Assembly: GCF_000737315.1 (NCBI RefSeq)
Contig: NZ_JMCB01000001.1
Coordinates: 620,001 to 684,000 of the forward strand
From: Hyalangium minutum
GTDB taxonomy: Bacteria > Myxococcota > Myxococcia > Myxococcales > Myxococcaceae
Length of the DNA stretch: 64,000 bases
Direction of reading: 5' to 3'
Positions 45,149 to 56,041 of this stretch are shown in pieces. Under the pieces are notes generated by a model. The model searched no databases, was not told where the DNA came from, and worked only from the letters and a program-made list of their open reading frames with translations. Numbering within the stretch: the stretch's first letter is position 1; each line of letters starts with the position of its first letter. Both the position numbers and the translations under genes were made by a program.

Positions 45149-47689
45149 TTGACCCGGAGTGAGCCGCTCGTGAACGTCGAGACCCCCGCGAAGCCTGCCT
45201 CCCCTTCCGTGCCCCCTCAGTTGACGGATGCCGCACCGCATCAACAGACGCCGGCCAACGAGCTGGCGCCGACGATGATGCGGGTGCGCAAGCGCAACGG
45301 CAACGCGGAGCCGGTGGACCTGAACAAGATCGTCCGGGCGGTGGGCCGCTGCTGTGTGGGCCTGACGCGGGTGGACGCGCTGCGGGTGGCCACCAAGACG
45401 ATCAGCGGGCTGTATGACGGGGCCACGACGAAGGAGCTGGACAGCCTGTCCATCCAGACGGCGGCGGCGCTCATCGTCGAGGAGCCCGAGTACGCCAAGC
45501 TGTCGGCGCGCCTGCTGGCCACGTACATCCAGAAGGAAGTCTCCAACCAGGAGATCCACTCCTTCTCGCAGTCGGTGGCGGCCGGGCACAAGCACGGGCT
45601 CATCGCGGAGCGGCTGCTGCAGTTCGTGCAGACGAACGCGCGCAAGCTGAACGCGGCCATTGATCCGTCGCGCAATGACTTGTTCGAGTACTTCGGCCTG
45701 CGGACGGTGTACGACCGGTACCTGTTGAAGAACCCGCAGACGCGTCAGGTGATCGAGACGCCGCAGGACTTCTTCCTCCGGGTGGCGTGCGCGCTGACGG
45801 ACTCGGCGAAGGATGCCATCGAGCTGTACCGGCTGTTCAGCTCGCTGGAGTACCTGCCCAGCTCGCCCACGCTGTTCAACGCGGGCACGCGGCACGAGCA
45901 GCTGAGCAGCTGCTTCCTGCTGGACTCGCCGGCGGACGATCTGGAGGCCATCTACAAGAAGTACACGGACGTGGCGATGCTCTCGAAGTTCTCGGGGGGC
46001 ATCGGCGTGGCGTACCACCGGGTGCGGGCGCGCGGCTCGCTGATCAAGTCGACCAACGGGCACTCGAACGGGATTGTGCCGTGGCTGAAGACGATGGACG
46101 CATCAGTGGCGGCGGTGAACCAGGGCGGCAAGCGCAAGGGCGCGTGCTGCGTGTACCTGGAGACGTGGCACGCGGACATCGAGGACTTCCTCGAGCTGCG
46201 GGACAACACGGGTGACGAGGCACGGCGCACGCACAACCTGAACCTGGCCAACTGGGTGCCGGACCTGTTCATGCGGCGGGTGGAGCAGGACGGCGAGTGG
46301 TCGCTGTTCGATCCGAAGTCCGTGGGGCACCTGACGGACCTGTACGGGGCGGCCTTCGAGCAGGCGTACGCGGAGGCCGAGGCGAAGGGCCTGGCGGTGC
46401 GCAAGGTGAAGGCGAGAGATTTGTACGCCCGGATGATGAAGACGCTGGCGCAGACGGGCAACGGCTGGATGACATTCAAGGACATCAGCAACCGGAAGAG
46501 CAACCAGACGGCGAAGGACGGCAACGTCATCCACCTGTCGAACCTGTGCACGGAGATCCTCGAGGTGACGAACGCCTCGGAGACGGCGGTGTGCAACCTG
46601 GGCTCGCTGAACCTGGGCCGGATGATGGCGGATGGGAAGTTCGACTTCGAGAAGCTGCGGGCGAACGTGGCGCTGGCGATCCGGCAGCTCGACCGGGTGA
46701 TCGACCTGAACTACTACCCCATCTCGACGGCGGCGGAGTCCAACCGCAAGTGGCGTCCGGTGGGCCTGGGGCTGATGGGCCTGCAGGACGTGTTCTTCCA
46801 GATGCGGCTGCCGTTCGACGCGCCCGAGGCCCGGGCTCTGTCGAAGAAGATCTCGGAGGAGATCTACTTCTCGGCGCTGAACGCCTCGGCGGACCTGGCG
46901 GAGCAGAACGGGCCGCACCTGACGTTCTCGGAGACACGGGCGGCGAAGGGCGAGCTGCAGTTCGACGCATGGGGCGTGGTGCCCGAGGACAAGGAGCGGT
47001 GGGACTTGCTCCGGGCGCGAATCCAGAAGGTGGGTCTGCGCAACTCGCTGATGATCGCGATTGCGCCGACGGCGACGATCGCGTCGATCGCGGGCTGCTA
47101 CGAGTGCATCGAGCCGCAGGTGTCGAACCTGTTCAAGCGCGAGACGCTGTCGGGAGACTTCCTGCAGGTGAACAAGTACCTGGTGCGGGAGCTGCAGGCG
47201 CTGGGGCTGTGGAACGAGTCGATGCGCTCGCGGCTGAAGATGTCCGAGGGCAGCGTGCAGGAGCTGACGGAGCTGCCGGCGGAGCTGCGGACGGTGTACC
47301 GGACGGCGTGGGAGCTGCCGATGCGGTCGCTGATCGACATGGCAGCGGATCGCGGGGCGTTCATCGACCAGAGCCAGTCGCTGAACCTGTTCGTGGAGGC
47401 GCCGAACATCGGGAAGCTGTCCTCGATGTACTTCTACGCGTGGCAGAAGGGGCTGAAGACGACGTACTACATGCGCTCTCGCCCGGCGACGCGCATCGCG
47501 AAGGCCACGGTGGGCACGCTGGACGGAGGCGCCATCACCTCCACGCCGAACGTGCCGGTGGCCAGCGCGGCTCCAGCGCAGGCCCAGGCGCCGGCGGTGA
47601 CTCCGGAGCCGGCGGTGCCCACGTACACGGAGGCCGAGGCGGTCGCGTGCTCGCTGGAGAACCCGGAGATGTGCGAGGCCTGCCAGTAG
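45149..47689 (+). CDS. nrdA: Ribonucleoside-diphosphate reductase class I alpha subunit with ATP cone
   Basis: VRKRNG ATP-cone, PSSPTLFNAG, SSCFL, SNLCTEI, CNLGS, IAIAPT, C-terminal CxxC; exact start uncertain. Confidence 0.95.
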   Translation: MTRSEPLVNVETPAKPASPSVPPQLTDAAPHQQTPANELAPTMMRVRKRNGNAEPVDLNKIVRAVGRCCVGLTRVDALRVATKTISGLYDGATTKELDSLSIQTAAALIVEEPEYAKLSARLLATYIQKEVSNQEIHSFSQSVAAGHKHGLIAERLLQFVQTNARKLNAAIDPSRNDLFEYFGLRTVYDRYLLKNPQTRQVIETPQDFFLRVACALTDSAKDAIELYRLFSSLEYLPSSPTLFNAGTRHEQLSSCFLLDSPADDLEAIYKKYTDVAMLSKFSGGIGVAYHRVRARGSLIKSTNGHSNGIVPWLKTMDASVAAVNQGGKRKGACCVYLETWHADIEDFLELRDNTGDEARRTHNLNLANWVPDLFMRRVEQDGEWSLFDPKSVGHLTDLYGAAFEQAYAEAEAKGLAVRKVKARDLYARMMKTLAQTGNGWMTFKDISNRKSNQTAKDGNVIHLSNLCTEILEVTNASETAVCNLGSLNLGRMMADGKFDFEKLRANVALAIRQLDRVIDLNYYPISTAAESNRKWRPVGLGLMGLQDVFFQMRLPFDAPEARALSKKISEEIYFSALNASADLAEQNGPHLTFSETRAAKGELQFDAWGVVPEDKERWDLLRARIQKVGLRNSLMIAIAPTATIASIAGCYECIEPQVSNLFKRETLSGDFLQVNKYLVRELQALGLWNESMRSRLKMSEGSVQELTELPAELRTVYRTAWELPMRSLIDMAADRGAFIDQSQSLNLFVEAPNIGKLSSMYFYAWQKGLKTTYYMRSRPATRIAKATVGTLDGGAITSTPNVPVASAAPAQAQAPAVTPEPAVPTYTEAEAVACSLENPEMCEACQ

Positions 47690-47820
47690 TCGCAGGGTCT
47701 CCCCTCCCCTCCCAGCCGTCCTGAACCAGGAATCCCCCTCTCCTTCGGGAGAGGGGCGGGCGAGCCGTGTGTGCGGGCTCGCCTGCTGAAACGAATTCAC
47801 CCCACGAATTGCAGAAGAGG

Positions 47821-48840
47821 ATGCCGACGATGCTGCTGGACCCCGGGATGAACCTGACGCTGCGCCCCATGGCGCATCCGGTGTTTTTCGAGATGTACCG
47901 GAACGCGATCAAGAACACGTGGACGGTGGAAGAGGTGGACTTCTCGACGGACCTGGTGGACCTGCGCAGCAAGATGACGGAGGCGGAGCGGCACCTGATC
48001 CACCGGCTGGTGGCGTTCTTCGCGACGGGCGACTCGATCGTGGGGAACAACCTGGTGTTGAACCTCTACAAGCACGTCAACGCGCCCGAGGCACGGATGT
48101 ACCTGTCGCGGCAGCTCTTCGAGGAGGCGCTGCACGTTCAGTTCTACCTGACGCTGCTGGACACGTACGTGCCGGATCCGGCGGATCGAGCAAAGGCGTT
48201 CGCGGCGGTGGACAACATCCCGTCGATTCAGCGCAAGGCGCAGTTCTGCCTGCGGTGGATGGACTCGATCCACGACCTGGCGCAGCTGAAGACGAAGGCG
48301 GATCGGCGGCGGTTCCTGCTGAACCTGATCTGCTTCGCGGGGTGCATCGAGGGGCTCTTCTTCTTCGCGGCGTTCGCGTACGTGTACTTCCTGCGGAGCA
48401 AGGGTCTGCTGAACGGGCTGGCGGCGGGAACGAACTGGGTGTTCCGGGACGAGAGCGCGCACATGGCGTTCGCGTTCGAAGCGATCAAGATCGCCCGGCA
48501 GGAGGAGCCGGACCTCTTTGATGCGGGGATGCAGGCGGACGTGATGCAGATGGTGCGCGAGGCGGTGGAGTGCGAGACGCAGTTCGCGCAGGACCTGCTG
48601 AGCGGGGGCGTGGCGGGACTGTCAGTGCAGGAGATGCGGCAGTACCTGGAGTACGTGGCGGACCAGCGGCTGATGATGCTGGGGATGCAGCCGATGTTCC
48701 GGGTGAAGAACCCGCTGCGGTTCATGGACCTGCAGGACGTGCAGGAGCTCACGAACTTCTTCGAGCGTCGCGTGAGCGCCTACCAGGTGGCGGTGGGCGT
48801 GGGCGCGGCGAACGACGTGGTGCTCGACGCCGCGTTCTGA
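47821..48840 (+). CDS. nrdB: Ribonucleoside-diphosphate reductase beta subunit
   Basis: W..EEVD...D, FFA.GD, EEALH..FY, EG.FF, RDES.H, NFFE.R...YQ. Confidence 0.95.
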   Translation: MPTMLLDPGMNLTLRPMAHPVFFEMYRNAIKNTWTVEEVDFSTDLVDLRSKMTEAERHLIHRLVAFFATGDSIVGNNLVLNLYKHVNAPEARMYLSRQLFEEALHVQFYLTLLDTYVPDPADRAKAFAAVDNIPSIQRKAQFCLRWMDSIHDLAQLKTKADRRRFLLNLICFAGCIEGLFFFAAFAYVYFLRSKGLLNGLAAGTNWVFRDESAHMAFAFEAIKIARQEEPDLFDAGMQADVMQMVREAVECETQFAQDLLSGGVAGLSVQEMRQYLEYVADQRLMMLGMQPMFRVKNPLRFMDLQDVQELTNFFERRVSAYQVAVGVGAANDVVLDAAF

Positions 48841-49169
48841 GAAGGTGTGGCGTAGCAGCAGGGAGGCAGGCGTCCAACCCCTGCCTCCTGTGCTGATCCG
48901 CCTGCAGGGAAGCCAAGCCACCTTTCGGCGGCACTGATAGCGGGGCTCAGTTGGTTTGAGCAGCCGAATAGCCGGAGTAGCTGAACCAGCCCTGTGCATC
49001 GGCGGGGATGATGTAGGCGATGGCTTGGTGGCTCGCCTTATGGAGCGCTTGGCGGGTGCGCGCGGCACTCTTGCGCAGCAGGGGTTTGGTAAGACTTCGC
49101 CGTGCCCCGTCGTGACGGGTTCCAGGCTGTCGTGAGATCTCCAGTGCTCCCTTGGTATCGTCTCACGCC

Positions 49170-49643
49170 ATGCGCACACATCCTCTCCTCGTAGTCTTAG
49201 CTCTCACTGCCTCGGTTGGGTGTGCTCTACCCGGGCACGTACGCGCTGGCCTGCCCCCGCAAGACCCCTTCGTTGGACCACGAGAGATAGTGGTGTTGGG
49301 CAATGAACCGGACGTGGTGCGTACCTTGGAGGAGGCGCTTCGTGCCAGAGGCTTTCGGGTGAAGCGTCAGTACGTACAGGCTGCCGAGGCGGAGCCTCAG
49401 CGCTACGTGCTGGAAATAACCAGCGACACCCTAGTGCGCTGTTTCGGAGGAGGCTTCCGTCTTCGCTCCCTCGCGGTGGAACTTATCGACGTGGCGCGCA
49501 ACGAGGCTGTCTATTCAGCCGAGGCGAGTGGATACACCGAAAAGTGCCAGCCCATGTCCGGCAGCGTCTTTGGTGACATTGCCGACACGCTGAGCCAGAA
49601 CTGGAGAGACGCACCCACTCGCCCCGCCGGACTCACGCTGTAG
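49170..49643 (+). CDS. Hypothetical lipoprotein
   Basis: SVGC lipobox; atypical codon usage; stop abuts the nrdB 3' duplicate. Confidence 0.65.
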   Translation: MRTHPLLVVLALTASVGCALPGHVRAGLPPQDPFVGPREIVVLGNEPDVVRTLEEALRARGFRVKRQYVQAAEAEPQRYVLEITSDTLVRCFGGGFRLRSLAVELIDVARNEAVYSAEASGYTEKCQPMSGSVFGDIADTLSQNWRDAPTRPAGLTL

Positions 49644-49644
49644 T

Positions 49645-49782
49645 TACGTGGCAGACCAGCGATTGATGCTGCTGGGCAGGACGTGCAGGCGTTCACGAAC
49701 TTCTTCGAGCGTCGCGTAAGCGACTACCAGGTGGCGGTAGGCGTGGGCGCGGCGAACGACGTGGTGCTCGACACTGCGTTCT
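49645..49782 (+). pseudogene. Degenerate duplicate of nrdB 3' end (internal deletion)
   Basis: 49645-49676 matches 48652-48683 and 49677-49782 matches 48733-48838, skipping about 49 nt. Confidence 0.85.
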
Positions 49783-50261
49783 TAAAACTCGAAGGGCCCG
49801 GGCACTGGAGCGCTCCGTGCAAACCTGTCGGACAGCTGGACCAGTTCGGCCAGAGCGCGCCTCAAGGCCTTCGCGTCGCTGGAGCCGCTGAAGTAGCTGG
49901 GCTCTAGGGATCCGCGACCTTGCGGGCCCAAGCGGATCGGCGTGGCCCTGGGGCTTTGCCTGAGTTCCCCTAGAAGAGCCAAGTCTGGGAGCATGGACCG
50001 GGCAGCTATCGCTCTTTCAGCCGCTCCAACTCAACCTGTAGCTCCGCCACGCGATTTTCGGCCTCTTGCCCCCTGCGGACCTCCTCCTCAGCGCGTTGGC
50101 ACTCTCGTTTGCCCTGCTGCCCCATCCTCGTAGAGGTGCCGCCGATCTTCTCCGATACCTGGAAGCGCGGCGACCACGCGCTCACGTGACTCCCCGCTCA
50201 TGGCATCCCACTCTTCTTGAGAGGGTGCCTGCGAGAAGTCCCCATCACTCGTGCGAACGCC

Positions 50262-50795
50262 CTACTTCCCCTTCATCACGCCGATGAAGGGCAGGTTCCG
50301 GTACTTCTCGCCGTAGTCCAGGCCGTAGCCCACGACGAACACGTCGTCGATCACGAAGCCCTTGTAGTCGATCTGGATCTTCGTCCGCGCCCGAGACGGC
50401 TTCTCCAGCAGCGACGCCACCTTCAGCGACGCCGGGTGCCGCGCCCGCAGGCTCTCCAGCAGGAAGCTCATCGTCAGCCCGGTGTCGATGATGTCCTCGA
50501 TCACCAGCAGGTGCTTGCCCGCCATCGGCTTGCTCACATCCGTGGTGATGCGCACCTCGCCTGTCGTCTCCGTCCCGCCCTGGTACGAGGACACCCCCAG
50601 GAACTCCATCTCCAGCGGCAGATCGATCGCCCGCGCCAGGTCCATCGCAAAGAACGTGGAGCCCTTCAGCACGCACACCAGCGTCAGATCACTGCCCTGG
50701 TAGTCCCGGGTGATCTCCGCGCCCAGCTCGCGCACTCGCGCCTGGACCTTCTTCTCATCCAGCAGCGTCCCGACTTCCTTCTCGTAGAAAGGCAC
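50262..50795 (-). CDS. hpt: Hypoxanthine phosphoribosyltransferase
   Basis: VLKGS..F..DL, VIEDIIDTG.T, FVVGYGLDY. Confidence 0.95.
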   Translation of the reverse strand: MPFYEKEVGTLLDEKKVQARVRELGAEITRDYQGSDLTLVCVLKGSTFFAMDLARAIDLPLEMEFLGVSSYQGGTETTGEVRITTDVSKPMAGKHLLVIEDIIDTGLTMSFLLESLRARHPASLKVASLLEKPSRARTKIQIDYKGFVIDDVFVVGYGLDYGEKYRNLPFIGVMKGK

Positions 50796-50804
50796 GGCTC
50801 TCCC

Positions 50805-51620
50805 CTACACGTACGCGTTGTTCATGATCTCCCCGAAGCCGCCGCCTCCGGGAACGATGTACTGCCGGTCGTCCAGCCCCCGCTCCTTGTCCCAGTGCGT
50901 CCCGGGCTCCGTCCCGAACACCTCCGGCGGAGACAGCCCCCGGTCCAGCCGGAGCGCGTAGATCGTCACGTCCGGATGATCCGTCGTCATCTTCCGCAGG
51001 TACTCCGGCGTGACGATCAGGTTCAGCGTAATGATCCGCCGCGGCTTCCCGGGCACCTTCGTCTTGTAGAGCGAGATCGCCGTCGACAAGCTGCCACCCG
51101 TCGCCCCCATCGGATCCGGGAACAGGACGATCGCGTCATCCACGTCCCCGCCGATCTTCGCCCCGCCAATGTTCGAGCCCACCACCGTGTGCTCCGCATC
51201 GATCATCCGGCTCATGATGATGTGGTCCTGCCGCACCAGCGTCGGATCCACCGTCACGTTCAGCAAGTCGTACGTCACCTGCGAGGGCAGCGTGCCCGCC
51301 CGGGCGATGTTCACCGTCACCACACGCGTGTGCGCGTCGATCACCTCGCCCTGGAAGATGCCCTGCGGCGTCGAGTCCACCATCCGCGTGGGGATGGCCA
51401 CCATCTTCCGCGGGAACTCCGCGTTGATGACCGTCTTCACCAGATCCGCGTAGAGCAGTTCCACCAGCCGGTTGATCTGCGGCTGCATCGTCCCCTTGGC
51501 GCACAGCGTGGCCAACTGGGACAAGAGAAAAGGATTTCCCACCAAGTGAACCTGCGGGCCATACCGGTGGGAGATCTCGTTCAGCCGGAATGGAACGTTG
51601 GCATAGAGCGTGTCGCGCAT
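50805..51620 (-). CDS. upp: Uracil phosphoribosyltransferase-like protein
   Basis: IARAG, DPMGATGGS PRPP-binding loop, YIVPG.G.FG. Confidence 0.7.
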   Translation of the reverse strand: MRDTLYANVPFRLNEISHRYGPQVHLVGNPFLLSQLATLCAKGTMQPQINRLVELLYADLVKTVINAEFPRKMVAIPTRMVDSTPQGIFQGEVIDAHTRVVTVNIARAGTLPSQVTYDLLNVTVDPTLVRQDHIIMSRMIDAEHTVVGSNIGGAKIGGDVDDAIVLFPDPMGATGGSLSTAISLYKTKVPGKPRRIITLNLIVTPEYLRKMTTDHPDVTIYALRLDRGLSPPEVFGTEPGTHWDKERGLDDRQYIVPGGGGFGEIMNNAYV

Positions 51621-51641
51621 CGGACGCTTCCCTCTCCTGAG

Positions 51642-52241
51642 TCAGTCGAACAGCTTCAGCGCCTGCGGAGGCGTGGCCTCGGTGGGCTCCGCCACGTGGC
51701 ACTTGCGGCAGCGCGCCTCGTAGGCCCCCGCCGCCCCCACCACCACCCGCTCCCCTCGGGACACCAGCCGCTGTGACCGGTTGGCCGGATTGCCACACAC
51801 CACACAGATGGCCAGCTCCTTCGTCACGTACTCGGCCACCGCCAGAAGCTGCGGCATCGGCTCGAAGGGCCGCCCCTGGTAGTCCTGATCCAGCCCCGCG
51901 CAGATGACGCGCAGCCCCTTGTTGGCCAGCGCCTCGCACACCTGCACCACCTCGGGCCCGAAAAATTGGACCTCGTCGATACCCACCACCTGTGTGTCAG
52001 CCGACAGATGGTAAAAAATTTCTTCAGCCCGCTCGATGGGCGTCGACACCAGCTTGAGCTGCGAGTGGCTGACCACCTGGGTCTCGTCGTAGCGGTCATC
52101 CAGCTTCGGCTTGAAGACCTGGACGCGCTGCTTGCCGTACACGGCCCGCTTGATCCGGCGGATCAACTCCTCCGTCTTGCCGGAGAACATCGAGCCGCAG
52201 ATGACCTCTATCCACCCGATATCTTTGGGGAATTGGTGCAC
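51642..52241 (-). CDS. tdk: Thymidine kinase
   Basis: GSMFSGKT, GIDEVQF, AGLD.D, C..CG, Y.ARCR.C. Confidence 0.95.
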   Translation of the reverse strand: MHQFPKDIGWIEVICGSMFSGKTEELIRRIKRAVYGKQRVQVFKPKLDDRYDETQVVSHSQLKLVSTPIERAEEIFYHLSADTQVVGIDEVQFFGPEVVQVCEALANKGLRVICAGLDQDYQGRPFEPMPQLLAVAEYVTKELAICVVCGNPANRSQRLVSRGERVVVGAAGAYEARCRKCHVAEPTEATPPQALKLFD

Positions 52242-52453
52242 GAGACGTTCAGGATCCAGGAGGGGCCGAGGGCGCGCGGATACTCTTTCAGCGCCCCCAC
52301 GGAGTCAATGATCCCGTGAAACACCGAGCGCCCGACCCCGGCCACCAGGGGCTCCGCGCACGCCGCCGTGCCTCCCCCTACCTGGAAGGTCCCCAGCGTT
52401 GGCGCGCGTCTTGAAAGGCACCTACTCGCAGGATTCTCAACGGGGAGGCGCGG

Positions 52454-52825
52454 GTGGCGGCGACAGCACAACAGCAAGAGCGCGATTTCTGGGCGGCACT
52501 GCGGTCTTTCTACCTCTCACCGGCATCCGTGGCCCTGCTGGTGCTCAATCTCCTGGACGGGCTCTTCACCCTGACCTTTCTACAGTTGGAGGTCGCCGAG
52601 GAGCTCAACCCGCTGATGCGCCTGGCGTACGAGCACTCTCCGCTGCTCTTCATGTTCGCCAAGCTGGTCATCGTGAACGCGGGCCTGGCGCTCTTGTGCC
52701 TCCACCGGGGCATGACGGCCAGCCGCATGGCCATTCGGGCAGGAGCCCTCATCTACGCGGTCATCAACGTTTACCACCTCGCGTTCCTGGCCCACCTCCT
52801 ACACCGCTGGCCCCACTTGGGATGA
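52454..52825 (+). CDS. Small membrane protein (DUF5658-like)
   Basis: LN.LDG.FT......E.NPLM motif with several TM segments. Confidence 0.7.
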   Translation: MAATAQQQERDFWAALRSFYLSPASVALLVLNLLDGLFTLTFLQLEVAEELNPLMRLAYEHSPLLFMFAKLVIVNAGLALLCLHRGMTASRMAIRAGALIYAVINVYHLAFLAHLLHRWPHLG

Positions 52826-52929
52826 CAGCCGCACAACGTACTGAGTAGCGAAGGACTTGCATTTTTGGGTCATTCCGTCCCAGGCTTCCCGCCAACACCG
52901 CTCTTTCGGGTTGCTGGTGGGGGGCCAAC

Positions 52930-53229
52930 ATGAACATCACCGACGTCAGGGTGTTTCCGGTCGAAGAGGACAAGCTCAAAGCCTACGTGACCATCACCCT
53001 GGATCACTGCTTCGTCATCCGTGACCTCAAGGTCATCCACGGCGCCTCCGGGCTCTTCATCGCGATGCCCGCGAAGAAGCGCAAGGACGGCACGTACAAG
53101 GACATCGCCCACCCGCTGAACGCGGACACGCGCAGCGAGATGGAGCGCATCATCTTGTCGGAGTACGAACGACAGACACACAACGGTCACGCCGCTCAGA
53201 ACCTGATGGCGGCGGCCGAAGCCGACTAA
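52930..53229 (+). CDS. spoVG: SpoVG family regulator
   Basis: MNITDVRV...LKA...ITLD..FVI..LKVI.G..GLFIAMP..K..DG.Y.DIAHP. Confidence 0.92.
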   Translation: MNITDVRVFPVEEDKLKAYVTITLDHCFVIRDLKVIHGASGLFIAMPAKKRKDGTYKDIAHPLNADTRSEMERIILSEYERQTHNGHAAQNLMAAAEAD

Positions 53230-53271
53230 GGCGCTTCCCTTGCGGGCGCGGGCAGGTTAGTAGCGCGCCCC

Positions 53272-54225
53272 ATGCAGCCCTCGCGCGACTTCAAGGTGTT
53301 CTCCGGCAGTTCCAATCCGGGGCTGGCCCAGCGGATCTGCGAGTACCTCAAGCGGCCCCTGGGCAAGGCGACGGTCGATCGCTTCTCCGACGGGGAGATC
53401 CACGTCGAGATCGGCGAGAACGTCCGCGGCAATGACGTCTTCATCATCCAGTCCACGTGCCCGCCGGCCAATGATCACCTGATGGAGCTGCTGATCATGT
53501 GCGACGCCCTGAAGCGGGCGAGCGCGGGTTCCATCAACGCCGTCATCCCGTACTACGGCTACGCCCGGCAGGACCGGAAGGTGGCGCCGCGCACGCCCAT
53601 CACCGCCAAGCTGATCGCGGACATGCTGGAGACGGCGGGCGTCAACCGGGTGGTGTCCATGGACATGCACGCCGGGCAGATCCAGGGCTTCTTCAACATC
53701 CCCTCGGACCACCTGTATGGCTCGCCGGTGTTCATCGAGGACCTGCGCAAGCGCTTCCCGGACCCGCAGGAGATGGTGCTGGTGTCGCCGGACGCGGGCG
53801 GCGTGGAGCGCGCCCGGGCCTACTCCAAGAGGCTGAACACGGGCCTGGCCATCATCGACAAGCGGCGCCCGCGCCCCAACGCCTCCGAGGTGATGAACCT
53901 CATCGGCGACGTGAATGGCAAGGACGCGGTGCTGCTGGACGACATGGTGGACACCGCGGGCACGCTGGCGCAGGCGGCCTCCGCGCTGAAGGACAAGGGC
54001 GCGCGCCGGGTGGTGGCGTACGCGGTGCACCCCATCCTCTCCGGGCCGGCGATCCAGCGCATCACCGACTCCGTGCTGGAGGAGGTGGTGGTCACGGACA
54101 CGGTGCCCCTGGCACCCAACGCCCAGGCGTGCCCGAAGATCCGCGTGCTCACCACCGAGCGGCTCTTCGGCGAGGCCATCGCCCGCATCCACCGGGCCGA
54201 TTCGCTGAGCTCGCTGTTCGTGTAA
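53272..54225 (+). CDS. prs: Ribose-phosphate pyrophosphokinase
   Basis: [42 protein letters not shown]. Confidence 0.97.
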   Translation: MQPSRDFKVFSGSSNPGLAQRICEYLKRPLGKATVDRFSDGEIHVEIGENVRGNDVFIIQSTCPPANDHLMELLIMCDALKRASAGSINAVIPYYGYARQDRKVAPRTPITAKLIADMLETAGVNRVVSMDMHAGQIQGFFNIPSDHLYGSPVFIEDLRKRFPDPQEMVLVSPDAGGVERARAYSKRLNTGLAIIDKRRPRPNASEVMNLIGDVNGKDAVLLDDMVDTAGTLAQAASALKDKGARRVVAYAVHPILSGPAIQRITDSVLEEVVVTDTVPLAPNAQACPKIRVLTTERLFGEAIARIHRADSLSSLFV

Positions 54226-54409
54226 GTCCGCCCAGGCGTGCGCTGGGTTGGCGGGCGGCTTGACTCCAGGCCCGCTGGCTGGCATGTGCCACCTCCACTC
54301 CACCGTCTCCCCTCAAAGGAGGCGCCGTCATCGGGGCTCGCCATCGGGGCGGGATGCCGAGAGCGCCAGGGGCCCGGTGGACACCCGTAGTCCCAGAAGA
54401 GGCATTTCC

Positions 54410-55129
54410 ATGTCCGTCGATAAGAGCACTCTCGAGGCGAAGGGCCGTCAGGGCGCTGGCAAGGGCGCTGCCCGCAAGCTGCGCAGCCAGGGCCTGGTGC
54501 CCGCCGTCGTCTATGGCAAGCACCTGCAGGCGCCGGTCCACGTCGCGGTGGATCCGAAGTCCATCCGCCAGTCCATCAACACCCCGCACAAGCTCAACAC
54601 CCTCATCACCCTGAAGCTGGACGGCGCCTCGCACCAGGTGCTGCTGAAGGACTACCAGCAGGATCCCGTCACCCGTGAGATCCTCCACGCGGACTTCATC
54701 GCCGTGACGGAGAAGGAGCAGGTGAAGGTGAACGTGCCGCTGGTGCTCACCGGCAAGGCGCTGGGCGTGGCGGACGGAGGTCTGCTCACCCAGGCTCGCC
54801 GCCAGCTCGAGGTCTGGGCGCTGCCTGCCGCCATCCCGGAGAAGATCGAGGTGGACGTCACCCCCCTCAAGATCGCCCAGGCGCTCCACATCAACGACAT
54901 CAAGCTCCCCGAGGGCGTGTCGGTGAAGACGAACGTCAACTACACCCTGGCCGTGGTCTCCGCGCCTGAGCGCGAGGAGGTTCCGGCGGCGGCGGCGGCG
55001 GCGGCTCCGGCGGCGGGTGCTGCGGCGGCTCCGGCGGCGGCCAAGGCGGGCGATGCCAAGGCGGGCGATGCCAAGGCGGGCGATGCCAAGGCGGCGGGCG
55101 GCGCGGCCAAGGCCCCGGCGAAGAAGTAA
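54410..55129 (+). CDS. rplY: 50S ribosomal protein L25/general stress protein Ctc
   Basis: GKGAAR.LR..G.VPAVVYG, HADF; Ala/Lys-rich tail with GDAKA x3. Confidence 0.93.
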   Translation: MSVDKSTLEAKGRQGAGKGAARKLRSQGLVPAVVYGKHLQAPVHVAVDPKSIRQSINTPHKLNTLITLKLDGASHQVLLKDYQQDPVTREILHADFIAVTEKEQVKVNVPLVLTGKALGVADGGLLTQARRQLEVWALPAAIPEKIEVDVTPLKIAQALHINDIKLPEGVSVKTNVNYTLAVVSAPEREEVPAAAAAAAPAAGAAAAPAAAKAGDAKAGDAKAGDAKAAGGAAKAPAKK

Positions 55130-55198
55130 GCTCGGAGCTGTTGTCTCGAAGCGGGGCTGGCCTCTCGGGGCCGGCCCCGTTTGCTTTAGGAGCCTGCC

Positions 55199-55774
55199 AT
55201 GAAGCTCATCTGCGGGTTGGGCAATCCCGGGCGCGAGTACGAGCGCAACCGGCACAACATCGGGTTCATGGTGGTGGAGGCGCTGCTGTCACGCGCCCGG
55301 GCGGAGCTGAACCAGGAGAAGTTCCAGGCCAAGGTGGGCCAGGGCTCCCTGGGCAGCGAGCGCATCCTCTTCCTGGAGCCACAGACGTACATGAACTTGT
55401 CGGGGCGCTCGCTGGCGGAGGCCGCGCGCTTCTACAAGGTGGCGGTGGAGGACATCCTCGTCATCCACGACGAGCTGGATCTGCCCTTCGGCCGGCTGCA
55501 GCTGAAGGCGGGCGGCGGCACGGGCGGGCACAACGGGCTGAAGAGCTCCGTGCAGAGCCTGGGGGCGGACAGCTTCATCCGCCTGCGCTTCGGCATTGGC
55601 AAGCCGGAGGGCCCCAACGCCAAGGAGCGGGTCGCCGACTACGTGCTCTCCAACTTCGACGATGGGGAGCGGCGCCAGCTGGAGGAGTTCATCGGCAAGG
55701 CCTCGGACATGGCGGAGACGTGGGCCCGCGAGGGGCTCTCCACCGCCATGAACCGCTTCAACCGCAAAGCCTGA
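55199..55774 (+). CDS. pth: Peptidyl-tRNA hydrolase
   Basis: GLGNPG.EY...RHNIGF, TYMN.SG, IHDELD, GGHNG. Confidence 0.97.
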   Translation: MKLICGLGNPGREYERNRHNIGFMVVEALLSRARAELNQEKFQAKVGQGSLGSERILFLEPQTYMNLSGRSLAEAARFYKVAVEDILVIHDELDLPFGRLQLKAGGGTGGHNGLKSSVQSLGADSFIRLRFGIGKPEGPNAKERVADYVLSNFDDGERRQLEEFIGKASDMAETWAREGLSTAMNRFNRKA

Positions 55775-56041
55775 GCCCGCCTGCCTGCTCCAAGAGTGGG
55801 GCTCCAGAGCCACCCTCGCCTTGACTTGGGGGGAGCCCCCCCCTAAAAGGCCCTTCCCCACCCACCTCCCGTGGGTGGGGATGTTCTTTTCCAGCTTCCC
55901 GTGTTGGTTCGCACGGGACGAAGCGCGAAGGCGACGGCGCGCGGTTTCCCGTCCCCGGTGGACGGCCTTCTGGGCCGGACGTCCGTTTCCCCGCTCTCCG
56001 GATTGGCCGGAGGGCACTCGACCCCATGGGGAGAGAAAACA

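Noticed and set aside
49783-50260. Short ORFs between the nrdB duplicate and hpt
   Set aside because: No RBS or motif support; possibly decayed sequence, but no function can be assigned.
52826-53271. tRNA-Gln often found near prs
   Set aside because: No cloverleaf or TTCGA T-loop is visible in these intergenic regions.
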